Shown here: piece by piece, positions 10,441 through 20,959 of the stretch
Layout of the letters: each line of letters begins with the position of its first letter
Numbering within the stretch: position 1 is the stretch's first letter
NCBI GenBank assembly: GCA_963762145.1
Contig: CAVXJS010000010.1
Span: forward strand, 64,001 to 128,000
Reading direction: 5' to 3'
Source: an uncultured Candidatus Rokubacteria bacterium
GTDB lineage: Bacteria; Methylomirabilota; Methylomirabilia; Rokubacteriales; CSP1-6
DNA length: 64,000 nucleotides
The notes under the pieces: model-generated
Told to the model about the DNA's origin: nothing
Database searches by the model: none
What the model saw: the letters and a program-made list of their open reading frames with translations, nothing else
Program-made: the position numbers and the translations under genes

Positions 10441-10543
10441 GTGGTCTTTGCATACTGCGTGCAGACCCCCAGATCCCCGCCCTGGAAGGCGATTCCGGGG
10501 AAGTGTGCAGGGGATTTCTTGCCCTGTGGTAGAAAGTACCCGA

Positions 10544-12196
10544 CTATTCGTCCCGGAACAGGATGGTCAGCATCAGTGCAATCCCACCGCCGGCGGCGAG
10601 CAGGAAGAACAGGATGGCCAGGCCGGGATACCCCAGAATCCGGAACGACGTCTCTACCCGCATGAGCATCGCCGCGCCGATGATCAGGGCGGCCAGTAGT
10701 AGCCCGAGGGTGATCCGGTTGGCTACTTTCTGAAATCCCTCCATGAGGCGGGCTTCGTCGATCGCGTCGATCTTCACCTCGAGCTGATTGTTCGCCACCG
10801 CGTCGAGGATCTTGTTCACCCGCGCGGGTAACCGCTCCATGAGATCCTTCATCTCGAGGACCGTGCTGAAGAGGTTCCCGGGGGACGCGCTCTTCAGCAG
10901 GCGGCTCCGCATGATGTCGGCCGCATTCTTCCGGATCGCGGCATTGGGATTGAACTTGGGATCGAGCTCGTGGGCGATCTGGTCGAGGTTCAGCAGGGTC
11001 TTCCCCAGCATGGTGAGCTCGGTGGGCAATCCAAGATTGACATCTCCCGCGATGCGCCCGATCTCGAGCACGACCCGTCCGACCTCGACATCCCGGACCT
11101 CCGCGTCCTGGTGGCGTCCGACGAGATCCGTCACCCGCCGCGCGAAGACCAACTCGTCGAACGCCGGTCGCTTCTCGGCCAGCTTCAGGACGCTGGCCAT
11201 GGCCTCATCGCTTCGACCTTCGCTGACCGCCAGGAGAAGCTGGAGTAGCTGCTCCTGGACGCGGGGAGCCATCCGGGCCACCATGCCGAGATCGAGAAGG
11301 GCGAGGCGACCGTCGTCGGTCAGAAGCACGTTGCCGGGATGAGGGTCCGCGTGGAAGAAGCCATCCACCAGCACCTGGGTCAGGTAGGCGCGGAACAGGT
11401 CATCCGCGAGACCGGCGCCGTCCAGCTCCAGCCGGGCGACCCGGCTCAACGCGGTGATCTTGGTGCCGGGCACGTATTCCATCGTGAGGACGCGCGACGT
11501 GGTGTAGTCGTCGACCGGCGCCGGTACGATGATCCGGCGGAACTCACCCAGGTTGTGTCGAAGCAGCGTGAGGTTTTGTGCCTCCTGTCGATAGTCGAGC
11601 TCCCGCAGCAGGCTGCGGCGGAACTCCTCGAGCATATGAGTGAATTGGTATCGACCGCCCACGGCGGTGTGCTGATCGAGAAATTCGGCGATCTCCTCCA
11701 GGATCTCGAGCTCCTCGGCGACTCGCGGTCGTATTCCCGGGCGCTGGACCTTCACCGCGACCTGGCGCCTGTCACGAAGCGCAGCCCGGTGCACCTGCCC
11801 CAGCGACGCGGCCGCCAGGGGGGTGGCCTCGAACTCGGAAAACGCCTTGGACAGGCGAACACCGAGCTCCGCGGTGACGAGAGGCTCGACCTCCGAAAAG
11901 GGGAATGGCTCGACCCGATCCTGGAGCCGCGAGAGGGCCCGGATGTATTCGTCCGGCAGAAGGTCGGACCTCGTCGAGAGAAGCTGGCCGAGCTTGATGA
12001 AGGTCGGCCCCATGCGCTCGAGGTCGCCGGCCAGGTCGGCGGCGGTCTGATCGGTAGTCTCCGCCACCACGGGATCGTCGGAGAGCATGGGATCGAGACC
12101 CGCGGCGGTGACCACATCACTCCGCCCGTACTTCATCAGGAGAAGGGCGATGTCCTTGTACCGCTTGAGGTGCTGCGGCTTCAGCGATAGGCCCAT
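10544..12196 (-). CDS. AarF/ABC1/UbiB family atypical kinase
   Basis: GPTFIKLGQ, AAASLGQVH, VAVKVQRP, FFHADPHPGN, DLGM; C-terminal TM. Confidence 0.92.
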   Translation of the reverse strand: MGLSLKPQHLKRYKDIALLLMKYGRSDVVTAAGLDPMLSDDPVVAETTDQTAADLAGDLERMGPTFIKLGQLLSTRSDLLPDEYIRALSRLQDRVEPFPFSEVEPLVTAELGVRLSKAFSEFEATPLAAASLGQVHRAALRDRRQVAVKVQRPGIRPRVAEELEILEEIAEFLDQHTAVGGRYQFTHMLEEFRRSLLRELDYRQEAQNLTLLRHNLGEFRRIIVPAPVDDYTTSRVLTMEYVPGTKITALSRVARLELDGAGLADDLFRAYLTQVLVDGFFHADPHPGNVLLTDDGRLALLDLGMVARMAPRVQEQLLQLLLAVSEGRSDEAMASVLKLAEKRPAFDELVFARRVTDLVGRHQDAEVRDVEVGRVVLEIGRIAGDVNLGLPTELTMLGKTLLNLDQIAHELDPKFNPNAAIRKNAADIMRSRLLKSASPGNLFSTVLEMKDLMERLPARVNKILDAVANNQLEVKIDAIDEARLMEGFQKVANRITLGLLLAALIIGAAMLMRVETSFRILGYPGLAILFFLLAAGGGIALMLTILFRDE

Positions 12197-12206
12197 GATC
12201 TCCGCA

Positions 12207-13781
12207 CTACTGACGACGGGGGCGGCGCAGCTCCGCGTCGAAGCCGGGCAGGATCGCCTTGAAGAACGCGTTCTGCACCAGATTGACGATGGTCTCGATG
12301 ATGCTCACGTTCGGATTGTCGAGCCGCCCGGAGATCTCCACACGGGTGGCGACCTCGTCGCGGGGGCGATTCTGGAGAACCTTCGAGACTCCTTCGACCA
12401 CCTTTTCGTAGGCCTTGCGCACGACGCCCTTCTCCCGGTCCTGCTTCGGATCGTAGGCCTCGATGTCCTGGAAGAGTGGCTTGACGTAGCCGGTGATCAG
12501 CCGGTTTCTGGCCTGAAGCTCGGTGTAGAGCGAGAAGCGGCCGCCCACCACGTCGAACTTGCCGTAGGCCTTCAGGAGGTTGTTCATGGTGGTCAGGTCG
12601 GTCTCATCGATCTGGAGCGCCACGTCGAAGTCGGGGCCCGGTCGTGTCGGCAGCAGCTTGAACTCGGCCTTGAGGGGGCCGGAGCCCATGAACTTGCCTT
12701 GCAGCTTGGCCATCGCGGTCTCGCCGCTCGGGAGGCTGCTGAGGTTGGTCAGCGTGGCCGTGGTATCGGCGACGAACACCCGATAGTTCGGGGTCGTGGT
12801 CTTGTTGATGAGCCCGAAATTGCTCTTGACGATGTCGAACCGATCGACCCGGAGCTGCAGACCTGGGTCCTGGGACTGGTCGGCCGCTTTGAGCGTCTCG
12901 CGGGTCGCCTCTTTTGCCACGCCCGCCTTCGCGGGAGTCTGGATGTAGTCCACGTGGATGCCGTCCACCGTGGCCGACCAGAGCTTCACCGACTTGAACT
13001 GAGGCGAGATCTCCACTTCACCCTCGGCCGAGAGCATGCCCTTGTCCACCGCAAGATTGTAGCGATTGGTGACCGGCTTGAAGTAGTCGAGGCCGATGGC
13101 GTCCAGCTTGATCTGCAGCATGAACGCGGCGTGGGGATCGGCCAGGAAGTCGGCCCACCCACTCGCGGATATGGCGCCGGTGTCGAACACCCGCGCCTGC
13201 ACATGCATCGGCGAAGGATAGACGCCCTGCTTGGACTGGACGTTCCGGATGTTGGAGGCGACGAATTCCAGGTCGTACACGCGGAGCGGCTTGAAGGGCC
13301 CATCGTCCTGGTAGGTGATGTCCCCTCGGGCAATCCGCAGCTCGTTGATGTGGAGGGGATAGATCGCCTGCAGCGCCTCTTGCCATCCCTTGTCCTTGAC
13401 CGGGGTAGGGTCGGAGATCTCGGTCCTCGCCTGGGCCAGGTTCAAGACCACGATGGGGTGGTCGATGAGAATGTCGCCCACCACGCGCCCGGACAGGAGG
13501 GCCCGCCAGTGGACGCTGGCGTACAGGCGCTCGACATTCGCCACCGGGGGGTCGGGATACTGGTTCTGGACGATCACGGTGTTGCGCAGGTCCATGGAGA
13601 AGTTGATCGGGCTGAAGTGGAGCTTGCCGATCGTGACGGTGTAGCCCTTGAGGCTCGCGTTCATCTTCTTTTCGGTATAGCGGCGCAGCGGCTCGTCGAT
13701 GAAGAAGAGCGCGGTCACGGAGGCCACGAGCAGGAGCACGACGAGGCCCCCCGCCGCGAGGAGCCAGCGCCGCGCGGTCAC
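12207..13781 (-). CDS. DUF748 (AsmA-like) membrane-anchored protein
   Basis: N-terminal TM; GYVKPLF and LVQNAFFKAILPGF. Confidence 0.82.
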   Translation of the reverse strand: MTARRWLLAAGGLVVLLLVASVTALFFIDEPLRRYTEKKMNASLKGYTVTIGKLHFSPINFSMDLRNTVIVQNQYPDPPVANVERLYASVHWRALLSGRVVGDILIDHPIVVLNLAQARTEISDPTPVKDKGWQEALQAIYPLHINELRIARGDITYQDDGPFKPLRVYDLEFVASNIRNVQSKQGVYPSPMHVQARVFDTGAISASGWADFLADPHAAFMLQIKLDAIGLDYFKPVTNRYNLAVDKGMLSAEGEVEISPQFKSVKLWSATVDGIHVDYIQTPAKAGVAKEATRETLKAADQSQDPGLQLRVDRFDIVKSNFGLINKTTTPNYRVFVADTTATLTNLSSLPSGETAMAKLQGKFMGSGPLKAEFKLLPTRPGPDFDVALQIDETDLTTMNNLLKAYGKFDVVGGRFSLYTELQARNRLITGYVKPLFQDIEAYDPKQDREKGVVRKAYEKVVEGVSKVLQNRPRDEVATRVEISGRLDNPNVSIIETIVNLVQNAFFKAILPGFDAELRRPRRQ

Positions 13782-14221
13782 CGCTTCTGACCGGAGCGGA
13801 GCATCCGGTCCAGGGTGGCCTTGACCAGGACCGCGGCAGCGGCCGAGCCCGCCGATCCGAGGATCCGCTGCGTGACGGTCGGCTCCGCCGCCACCCGCTC
13901 CGGCCGGTCGATCGCGCGGCCGACTGCCTCGCGCAGGCGCCGGCTGCGGGCCGTGAGCGTGTTGCGCCGCCGGGCCCGCCGTACTCCGAGGGCGATCGAG
14001 CCCGCCGTGATCGCACCGGCGGCGAGGAAGGTGGCGGCGACCGCCAGGGCGTGTCGCCGTACCTGCAGACCCACGTCGGTCAGCTCGTGCCCTCGCCGGT
14101 ACAGCTCGGTCACGAGCAGGGTTAGCTGGGCGCGCTGCCGGGCGAGGTCGGCTTCGATGGGCCGGGGATCACCCGACTTCTCCGCGTCGGCTTCGGACAC
14201 TCGACTCGCGACTTCAGCCAT
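13778..14221 (-). CDS. Hypothetical membrane protein (DUF3618-like)
   Basis: GGAG RBS before ATG 14221; IEADLARQRAQL helix plus TM; overlaps the next start. Confidence 0.6.
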   Translation of the reverse strand: MAEVASRVSEADAEKSGDPRPIEADLARQRAQLTLLVTELYRRGHELTDVGLQVRRHALAVAATFLAAGAITAGSIALGVRRARRRNTLTARSRRLREAVGRAIDRPERVAAEPTVTQRILGSAGSAAAAVLVKATLDRMLRSGQKR

Positions 14222-14252
14222 CCGGCTCTCCTTTGGTCCCATTGAACCCCAA

Positions 14253-14269
14253 AGCAAGCGGCATGCCCA
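14253..14269 (-). promoter_or_regulatory. Sigma54 (-24/-12) promoter of the DUF748/AarF operon
   Basis: TGGGCATGCCGCTTGCT, GG-N10-GC, about 30 bp upstream of the ATG. Confidence 0.6.
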
Positions 14270-14589
14270 CGTCTGGGCCACGAACGTACCTCTGCCTTGC
14301 GGGCAATACGTAGTTGTCATCAGGAGGGTGGAGCCGCGCGCCAGGAAGACCTACCGGGTAAGTTTTATAGCGCCAGCCTCTTGACTATCACCTGGGGCCG
14401 GGGGCGGGCAGGGCGGAGCCGGCCGTGTAAGAAGGTTCCCGTCTTGTAGTTCCTACTTCCCGCACCGTTTGCAGCCAGAGAAACGGACGACCTAGCTTTG
14501 GGCAGCCCGTTTCCACAAGCGGGACTCGCTGACCTCTGAGTGACCGTGGAGAGTTCCACAATCTGACCGAACCCCTCGCAACGAGAACC

Positions 14590-14605
14590 TGGCACATCCC
14601 GCGCA
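14590..14605 (+). promoter_or_regulatory. Sigma54-like promoter
   Basis: TGGCACATCCCGCGCA, GG-N10-GC, upstream of ATG 14633. Confidence 0.45.
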
Positions 14606-14632
14606 CTGTCGGCTGTGCATGGGGGGCTCACA

Positions 14633-15130
14633 ATGCGAAAGCGTATCCGTGGATTATCAGCGGCGCTGATCGTGGCGATCACGCTTGCGGGTGTAGTCGA
14701 CGCTGAGAACGTGTGGGCTAAAGGTGGCGGTTGTGGGGGCGGCGGCGGTGGCGGTGGCGCGGGTGGTGGTGGCGGCGCGGCTGGAAGCGGCGGAGGGACC
14801 GGCGGAGCAGGCGGCTCCGGCGGCAGCGGTGGGGGCCTGATCGGCATCGCCGGAGCCGGGCGAGTGCCGGCGGACCCACGGCTCTACGCACGCAGTACCG
14901 CGCCCATGACTGACGCCGGCGGTATGGCGAGGGGAGGGGTCGGAAGCCAGGCGCGGCTGAGCGCGTCCCAGGAGCGAACGTGGGAGGCGTTTCGGCGCTG
15001 CGCTCCATCCGGCGCGGTCCTGGATCAGCTGCGCGTCGATGGCTCGTTCACATACCGGACAGAATCAATTCACGACACGCAGACGATCAAGCGCTGCATG
15101 TCCCAGGTGGGCTATCAATTCGATTACTGA
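14633..15130 (+). CDS. Secreted glycine-rich hypothetical protein
   Basis: Signal peptide, about 40-aa poly-Gly tract, small C-terminal Cys-containing domain. Confidence 0.65.
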   Translation: MRKRIRGLSAALIVAITLAGVVDAENVWAKGGGCGGGGGGGGAGGGGGAAGSGGGTGGAGGSGGSGGGLIGIAGAGRVPADPRLYARSTAPMTDAGGMARGGVGSQARLSASQERTWEAFRRCAPSGAVLDQLRVDGSFTYRTESIHDTQTIKRCMSQVGYQFDY

Positions 15131-15149
15131 GGAGCGAGAAGACGCTCGC

Positions 15150-15407
15150 ATGGGGCCCGCCGACACGACGTGTGCTGGGGTTCGCAGATGGTTCTCCGGC
15201 CACGTCGCCGGTCGGCTGGGTCTGACGGAATGGGCTCTCCTGGAGGTCCACCTCATCCACTGCGTGGCCTGCCGTCTGGAGCTCCAGCAGCACACGCTGG
15301 CTGACGTGAGGCGGTCGGCGCAACGGATGGACGTGATGACGACTCTCGTGAGAGTCGGCACCGGATTCGTGGTACTGGTCTTGCTGGGGACACTGGTGAG
15401 TTGGTGA
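15150..15407 (+). CDS. zf-HC2 (anti-sigma-like zinc finger) membrane protein
   Basis: HLIHCVAC (HxxxCxxC) followed by a C-terminal TM. Confidence 0.6.
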   Translation: MGPADTTCAGVRRWFSGHVAGRLGLTEWALLEVHLIHCVACRLELQQHTLADVRRSAQRMDVMTTLVRVGTGFVVLVLLGTLVSW

Positions 15408-15688
15408 TCTGGCTGTCTGGCTTGTCGGTGATTGCACTGATGGCAGGCGCTCTTGGTGTGGCTTTCGCAATACGGAAGCGGCCAGGGCGTCGCCACCTCA
15501 AGATGGCGGGGAGCGTGACTGATCTGAGTGAAGGCTTTGCCATGGTCCATGCGCTGCGCGTGCAGATCACGCGGCTTCGTGAAGAGAACGAGCGGCTCCT
15601 GGAAGAGCGGCAGGCTCTGCTGAGCGTGTTGTCCCGCGTGAGCGAGCTCCTGGAGCAGGAGGCTCGACGGTTCCATGTCAACCGGTGA
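15401..15688 (+). CDS. Hypothetical TM plus coiled-coil protein
   Basis: N-terminal TM, heptad region ITRLREENERLLEERQ. Confidence 0.5.
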   Translation: MVIWLSGLSVIALMAGALGVAFAIRKRPGRRHLKMAGSVTDLSEGFAMVHALRVQITRLREENERLLEERQALLSVLSRVSELLEQEARRFHVNR

Positions 15689-15706
15689 GCGGCCGGCGCC
15701 GGCGGC

Positions 15707-16460
15707 TCAGCCGCCGAGGCCCTTGGCCTTGTAGACAGGCGCGGCGGCCGACCCGGCCAGGAACTGGATCAGCGCCTTCGCCGCGTCGGTCTCCTTCGCC
15801 CCGGTGGCGAGCCCGACGGAGAAGACCGTGACGGTCTGCAGCTCGGCCGGGAGCGGGCCGACCACGTCGACGCCGGGCACCGCCATCAGCTCGGGGATCT
15901 GCGCGGCGCCCAGGTCGATGTCGCCCGCGACCAGCGCCTCGCCGGTCTTCGCCTGCGTGTCCTTGTACTTGGCCTGGACCTCCTCGAGGATACCCAGCCG
16001 CTCGAGCGCCTTCGCAAACGCGACCCCCGAGGCGCCGACCTTCGCGAAGCCGACCGCCTTCGCGGCCAGCACCGCGCTCTTGAGCTTCTCGGGCGTGCTG
16101 ATGTCCGGCCTCGGCGCGCCCGCCTTCACGCCGACACCGACCCCGGAGCGCGCGACGTCGACCTTGCTACCCGGCGCGACCTTGCCCTGCTTGCCCAGGT
16201 CCTCGACGATCGGGCTCGTCAGGACGAGCACGTCGGCGGGCGCGCCCTCGAGAAACTTCGTCCGGAGCTCGGACGCGATGCCGTAGGTCACCGCGATTTT
16301 GTGCCCGGTCGCGCGCTCGAACTGCGCGAACAGCTCCGTGGTGGCCGGCTGCATGCCGACGGTGCTGAGCACCTTGATCTCGGCGGCCTCGCGCGCTCCA
16401 GGCCGTCAGGGCCAGGAGCGTGAGGGCCATCGCCATGCCGCGTGTCGCGCGCTTTGTCAT
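15707..16460 (-). CDS. ModA-like/SBP_bac_11 substrate-binding protein, indel near 16390
   Basis: Signal peptide in the 16460 frame; FERATGHKI, GAPRPDIST, GASG, VGPLPAELQ in the 15707 frame. Confidence 0.8.
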
Positions 16461-16738
16461 ACGGTCCTCCCGTGATCGGTTGAACCTCGGTCGACCAGCT
16501 CCCGCGCCGCCGGAGTCATGTAGACAGCCTCGCTTCCCAGATCGCCCAGGGCCCGCGCAATGGCGCGGAGGCGATCCACCAGGGGGGCGCGCTGGTCGAT
16601 CAGCACCAGATGGGCGCCGCGCACGATGCAGAGGCCGCCGCCCAGGGCCGCCGGCGTCTCGAAGGGCTCCGTGCGGACCTCGACGCCCAGGCGCGCCGCG
16701 GCCTGGACCAGCTCGTCGAGGAGCTGCTGGGCGTCCAC
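16457..16738 (-). CDS. Conserved small hypothetical protein, probably a separate gene although in frame with the helicase
   Basis: VDAQQLLDELVQAAARLGVEVR...GGLCIVRG...VYMTP; TACCAT -10 seven nt before the GTG. Confidence 0.6.
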   Translation of the reverse strand: MDAQQLLDELVQAAARLGVEVRTEPFETPAALGGGLCIVRGAHLVLIDQRAPLVDRLRAIARALGDLGSEAVYMTPAARELVDRGSTDHGRTV

Positions 16739-16761
16739 GGGGGCGATGGTACCCGAATTCA

Positions 16762-16784
16762 TGAGGTCACAAACTGTGACCTCA
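16762..16784. repeat. Inverted repeat TGAGGTCACA-AAC-TGTGACCTCA
   Basis: Perfect 10-bp arms with a 3-bp spacer. Confidence 0.85.
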
Positions 16785-16789
16785 AACGT

Positions 16790-18583
16790 TAGCTCGGATA
16801 CGGCCCGGATCAGGACGCGGGCTTGAGTCTGGAGCGCCTGCGCGAGCTCGTCCATGATCCACGACGGGCGCGCGAAGGAGAGGCAGAGCTCGTCCCGCGC
16901 GCGCGTCATGCCGATGTAGAGGAGGCGCCGGACCTCGTCCTTCGTCTTCAGGCCGTCCAGCTCGTGGGCGTTCAGGATCAGCACGTGCTTGGCGTCCAGG
17001 CCCTTCGAGCTGTGGATGGTCGAGACGCCGACGGTGCCATCGACCCGCTGCTCGGGCAGAAACGACGCCGGGATCTTCTGCTCCTCCAGCCAGCCGGCGA
17101 GCTTCTCCATCCCGAGCCGGTCGTGGCCCAGGACCAGGATGTCGCCCGGCGGCACGCCGCGGGCGAGCCGGGCGGCGACCCAGTCCCTGGCGTGCTCCCT
17201 GATGCCCGCGGCCGAGTCCAGAGAGACCAGCTCGGGCGCCGGCCCGTCGCGCAGCGCCTGGTCGGGCACGACCAGCGACGAGATCAGCTCGCCCGGGTCG
17301 GCCTCGGCCGCATCCAGCTCCTGCACCATGGCATAGGCCGCCGAGAGGATCGCCCTGGTGTTCCGGTAGTTGCGCTTCACGACCTTCGTGCGGCCGGCGA
17401 TCTGGATGCCGAGCGAGCGCCAGCTGATGCGCCGGCGGTAGATGTTCTGCGACGAGTCGAGCGCGATGAAGAGACGGTTGGCCCCCCGGTCCAGCGCGCG
17501 GAGCAGGAGGCGGTACCAGCTGTCCGCGAAGTCCTGGCCCTCGTCGACCAGGATGGCCTGGTAGCCGCCCGTCGGCACGCGCGCGTCGTCGAAGGCCTGC
17601 GAGAGCAGCTTGGGGACCGTCTCGACCCAGAACTCGTCCCACTCCGGTCCGCGGCCGGGCGGCTCGGAAACGTCGAGGCCAGCCGTCCTGAGCTGCTGGC
17701 GGGCCCACGCGTCGAAGGTCGAGACCTCGACGCGCTTGTCGCCGATGGTCCGGTGGAGGAAGCTGGCCAGCACGCGGTTGTAGCAGACCACGAGAATTTT
17801 CCAGTCGGGGTGCTGGTCCAGGAGGTAGCGCACGCGGCAGATCAGCACGATGGTCTTGCCGCTGCCGGCGACGCCGCGCAGGAGCCGGTGCCCATCGCCC
17901 AGGGTCCGGGCGAGACGCTCCTGCTCGAGATCCATCACGCGAAAGACGTCATCGTCCGTTGCGCCCCAGCCGATCCGGATCTCCGGGTGGAGCACGCTCC
18001 GGATCTGGTCGATCTGCTGGGCGTCCAGCCATCCGCGAGCTCCCCGGGCCGGGAGCAGCCCACGCAGGCGGGGCAGGAGCATGCCGGCCGCCAGGTCCGC
18101 GCCCGTGAGGACGAGCCCGGGGCCCAGCGCCTCCTCGAGACTGGGCCTGAAGACCGTGGGCTGGCGCACCTCCTCGGGCGTGACGTAGGGCAGGACGACA
18201 CCGGCCCCCCAGCCACACCGGAGCTGGTTGTCGGCGCAGAGGCCCGGCCGTCCCTTGAGGACGTCCACCGTGCGGAGCAGATAGTCGCGCACCTGGCGGA
18301 CGGGATGGCCGACCTCCAGCTCGCCCGTGCCCTGACGCAGCCGGACCCGGTCCGCCGTGATCTCGAGGATGCTCTTGAGCCGCCAGTCCTTGACCTCCAG
18401 GACCACCAGCCCCAGGTCGGGCCCGATGACGATGAAGTCCGGGTGCCGTCCGTCGACCGCGATGTCGTAGTAGACGAGGTAGTCCTCGGGCAGGTGGTCG
18501 CGGAGGGCGACGAACACCCGGCGCTCGCCGGCCGTGACGCGGCTGTCGAGCGAGCCGAGGGTCTCGGGGACCGTGTACGCCAC
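16790..18583 (-). CDS. NERD nuclease plus SF1 (UvrD-like) helicase; 3' end approximate
   Basis: PDF...LEVKDW (NERD); Walker A GVAGSGKT; ILVDEGQD; STIHSSKGL; YIGMTRA. Confidence 0.85.
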
Positions 18584-18643
18584 GAGACAATCGTACCGCG
18601 GGAGTGCCGCCAGGCCCCCATCTGGCCCGGGGCCGCGGAACCG

Positions 18644-20959
18644 CTAGCCGCGCTCGGGCGATCCCGGGAGCGGCGGTGGGAGCAGGTCCAGGAGCCGTGC
18701 GGGGCCGAGCGGCATCCGCGTGACGCGCCCGCCCCGTGGCCCGACCGCGTCCTCGATCGCCGCGGCGAGCACGGCGGGGACCGCGAGCGCTCCCGATTCG
18801 CCGACGCCCTTGAGGCCGAGCGGGTTCAGGGGCGAGAGCGTCTCGAGGTGGTCGATGACCATGGTCGGCACGTCGGTGGCGGTGGGCAGCAGGTAGTCCA
18901 TGTAGGTCCCGGCCAGGAGCTGGCCGGTCTCGTCGTAGCGGATCTCCTCGAGCAGCGCGCTGCCAATGCCGAGGGCCACCGCGCCCTGGAGCTGGCCCTC
19001 GACCACGAGCGGGTTGATGAGCCGGCCGGAGTCGTGGCCGATCCAGAAGCCCTTGATCCGGACGCATGCGGAGAGGGGATCCAGCTCGACCAGGGCCACC
19101 TGGGCGCCGAACGAATAGGTGATGTCGGTGGGCTGGAAGAAGCGCGTGCTCTCGAGTCCCGGCTCGACGCCGAGCGCGGCTGTCGCGGCGCCGGCCAGGC
19201 GCGCCAGGTCGGCGAAGGTCACGCGGCGCTCGGGCCGCCGTCGGTCGGCGAAGGCCGCGCCCGCCTGCTCGAGATCGGCCTCGGGGCACCCGAGGGCCCG
19301 GCCCGCGAGGAGCCGGGCCTTCGCGCTCACGTCGCGCGCCGCGAGCGCGACCGCGCTTCCGCCCACGACCGCGGCGCGGCTCGCGAACGAGCCGACCCCG
19401 TGCTCGACACCCGCGGTGTCGCCGGTGACGACGGTCACGTCCGCGGGCGTGACGCCGAGCTCGTCGGCCGCCACCTGGGCCAGCGTCGTCTCGAGCCCCT
19501 GGCCCTGGGTGCTCACGCCGCTGAACGCGGTGATGCGCCCTGCCGGATCGACCCGCACGCGCGCGCTCTCGAACGGACCGACGCCGGTCAGCTCCACGTA
19601 GGCCGCGACGCCCACCCCGACGAGCCGGCCCTGGGCGCGCGCGGCGGCGGCCTCGGCGACGAGCGCGTCGTGGCGGGCGCTCTCGAGCGCGCGGCGCACC
19701 ACCGACGGCGGGTCGCCGCTGTCGAGGATCACGTGGCCGCTCCCGCGGTAGTTGGGCAGGCCCGTGTCGTACGGCATGTCCTCGGCGCGCACCAGGTTGG
19801 CCAGCCGCACCTGCGCGCGATCGCGCCCGGTCTCGCGCGCCACCAGGTCCATCGCCCGCTCGATCACGAAGACCGCCTGTGGCTGCCCGGCGCCGCGGTA
19901 CGGGGTGACCGGCACCCGGTGCGTGTAGCGGCTCTCGAAGCTCGACTCGACGGCGGGGATCCGGTAGGGCCCGGTCACCATGGAGGCGCTGAGCAGCGGC
20001 ACCACCAGGCCACGGGGCGTGTACGCCCCGGTGTCGTGCACGAAGCGGTCGCGCAGGGCCAGGAGGCGACCGGTGTCGTCGAAGCCGATCGTCACCTCGT
20101 GCCGCTGCTCGCGCTCCTGGGTGGCGGCCAGCATGTGCTCGAGGCGGTCTTCCAGCCAGCGAACCGGCCGGGCGAGCCTCCGGGCGAGGAAGGGGATCAG
20201 GACGTCCTCGGGATACACGATGAGCTTGGCGCCGAAGCCGCCGCCCACGTCGGGCGCGATCACGCGCACCTGGTGCGGCGCCAGGTCGAGGAGGTCGCCG
20301 ACGAACTGGCGGATCTGGTGCGGCACCTGAGAGGACGCCCACACCGTGAGCTGCTCGAGGGTGGGGTTCCAGTCCGCGACGAGCCCGCGCGTCTCCATCG
20401 GCTGGCCGCCGCCGCGCCCGATGCGCAGCTCGAGCGAGGCCACCCGCGGCGCCGCGCGCAGGGCGGCCTCGACGTCGCCGCGGGCGAGGGTCACGCGGCC
20501 GGCCAGGTTGTCGGGGATGTCGTCGTGGACCGCGGGCGTGCCCGGCTCGAGCGTCTGGGCGGACGGGAGCGGCTCGTACTCGACCTCCAGCAGCTCGCGC
20601 GCGTCCTCCGCCGCGAAGCGGTTCTCCGCCACGATCGCGGCCACCGGCTCGCCCACGAAGCGTGCGCGGTCGCCGGCGAGCGGGAGGAAGTTGCGGCCCC
20701 GCAGCTCGGCGTGCGGGGGCACGATCGGCAGCGCGCGCGCCGCGGCGCCGAGATCGGCGAACGTCACGACGTCCACCACGGCGGGATGCGCTCGGGCGCG
20801 GGCGGCATCCACGCGGACGATGCGCGCGTGGGCGTGCGGGCTCCGCAGCAGCACCGCGTGGAGCATGCCGGGCAGCGCAATATCCCCCACATACCGCCCC
20901 CGCCCGGTGAGCAGCCGCGGGTCCTCCTTGCGCAGATGCCGATCCCCGACGAACTTCAC
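18644..20959 (-). CDS. Xanthine oxidase-family Mo-hydroxylase large subunit (CoxL form II-like)
   Basis: RKEDPRLLTGRG, DVGGGFGAK, active-site loop PYRGAGQ, QGQG, GSFASR, GLKGVGESG. Confidence 0.92.
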   Translation of the reverse strand: MKFVGDRHLRKEDPRLLTGRGRYVGDIALPGMLHAVLLRSPHAHARIVRVDAARARAHPAVVDVVTFADLGAAARALPIVPPHAELRGRNFLPLAGDRARFVGEPVAAIVAENRFAAEDARELLEVEYEPLPSAQTLEPGTPAVHDDIPDNLAGRVTLARGDVEAALRAAPRVASLELRIGRGGGQPMETRGLVADWNPTLEQLTVWASSQVPHQIRQFVGDLLDLAPHQVRVIAPDVGGGFGAKLIVYPEDVLIPFLARRLARPVRWLEDRLEHMLAATQEREQRHEVTIGFDDTGRLLALRDRFVHDTGAYTPRGLVVPLLSASMVTGPYRIPAVESSFESRYTHRVPVTPYRGAGQPQAVFVIERAMDLVARETGRDRAQVRLANLVRAEDMPYDTGLPNYRGSGHVILDSGDPPSVVRRALESARHDALVAEAAAARAQGRLVGVGVAAYVELTGVGPFESARVRVDPAGRITAFSGVSTQGQGLETTLAQVAADELGVTPADVTVVTGDTAGVEHGVGSFASRAAVVGGSAVALAARDVSAKARLLAGRALGCPEADLEQAGAAFADRRRPERRVTFADLARLAGAATAALGVEPGLESTRFFQPTDITYSFGAQVALVELDPLSACVRIKGFWIGHDSGRLINPLVVEGQLQGAVALGIGSALLEEIRYDETGQLLAGTYMDYLLPTATDVPTMVIDHLETLSPLNPLGLKGVGESGALAVPAVLAAAIEDAVGPRGGRVTRMPLGPARLLDLLPPPLPGSPERG

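Noticed and set aside
14720-14835. GGC/GGT low-complexity tract as a repeat element or CRISPR
   Set aside because: It is a poly-glycine coding stretch; no repeat-spacer structure occurs anywhere in the window
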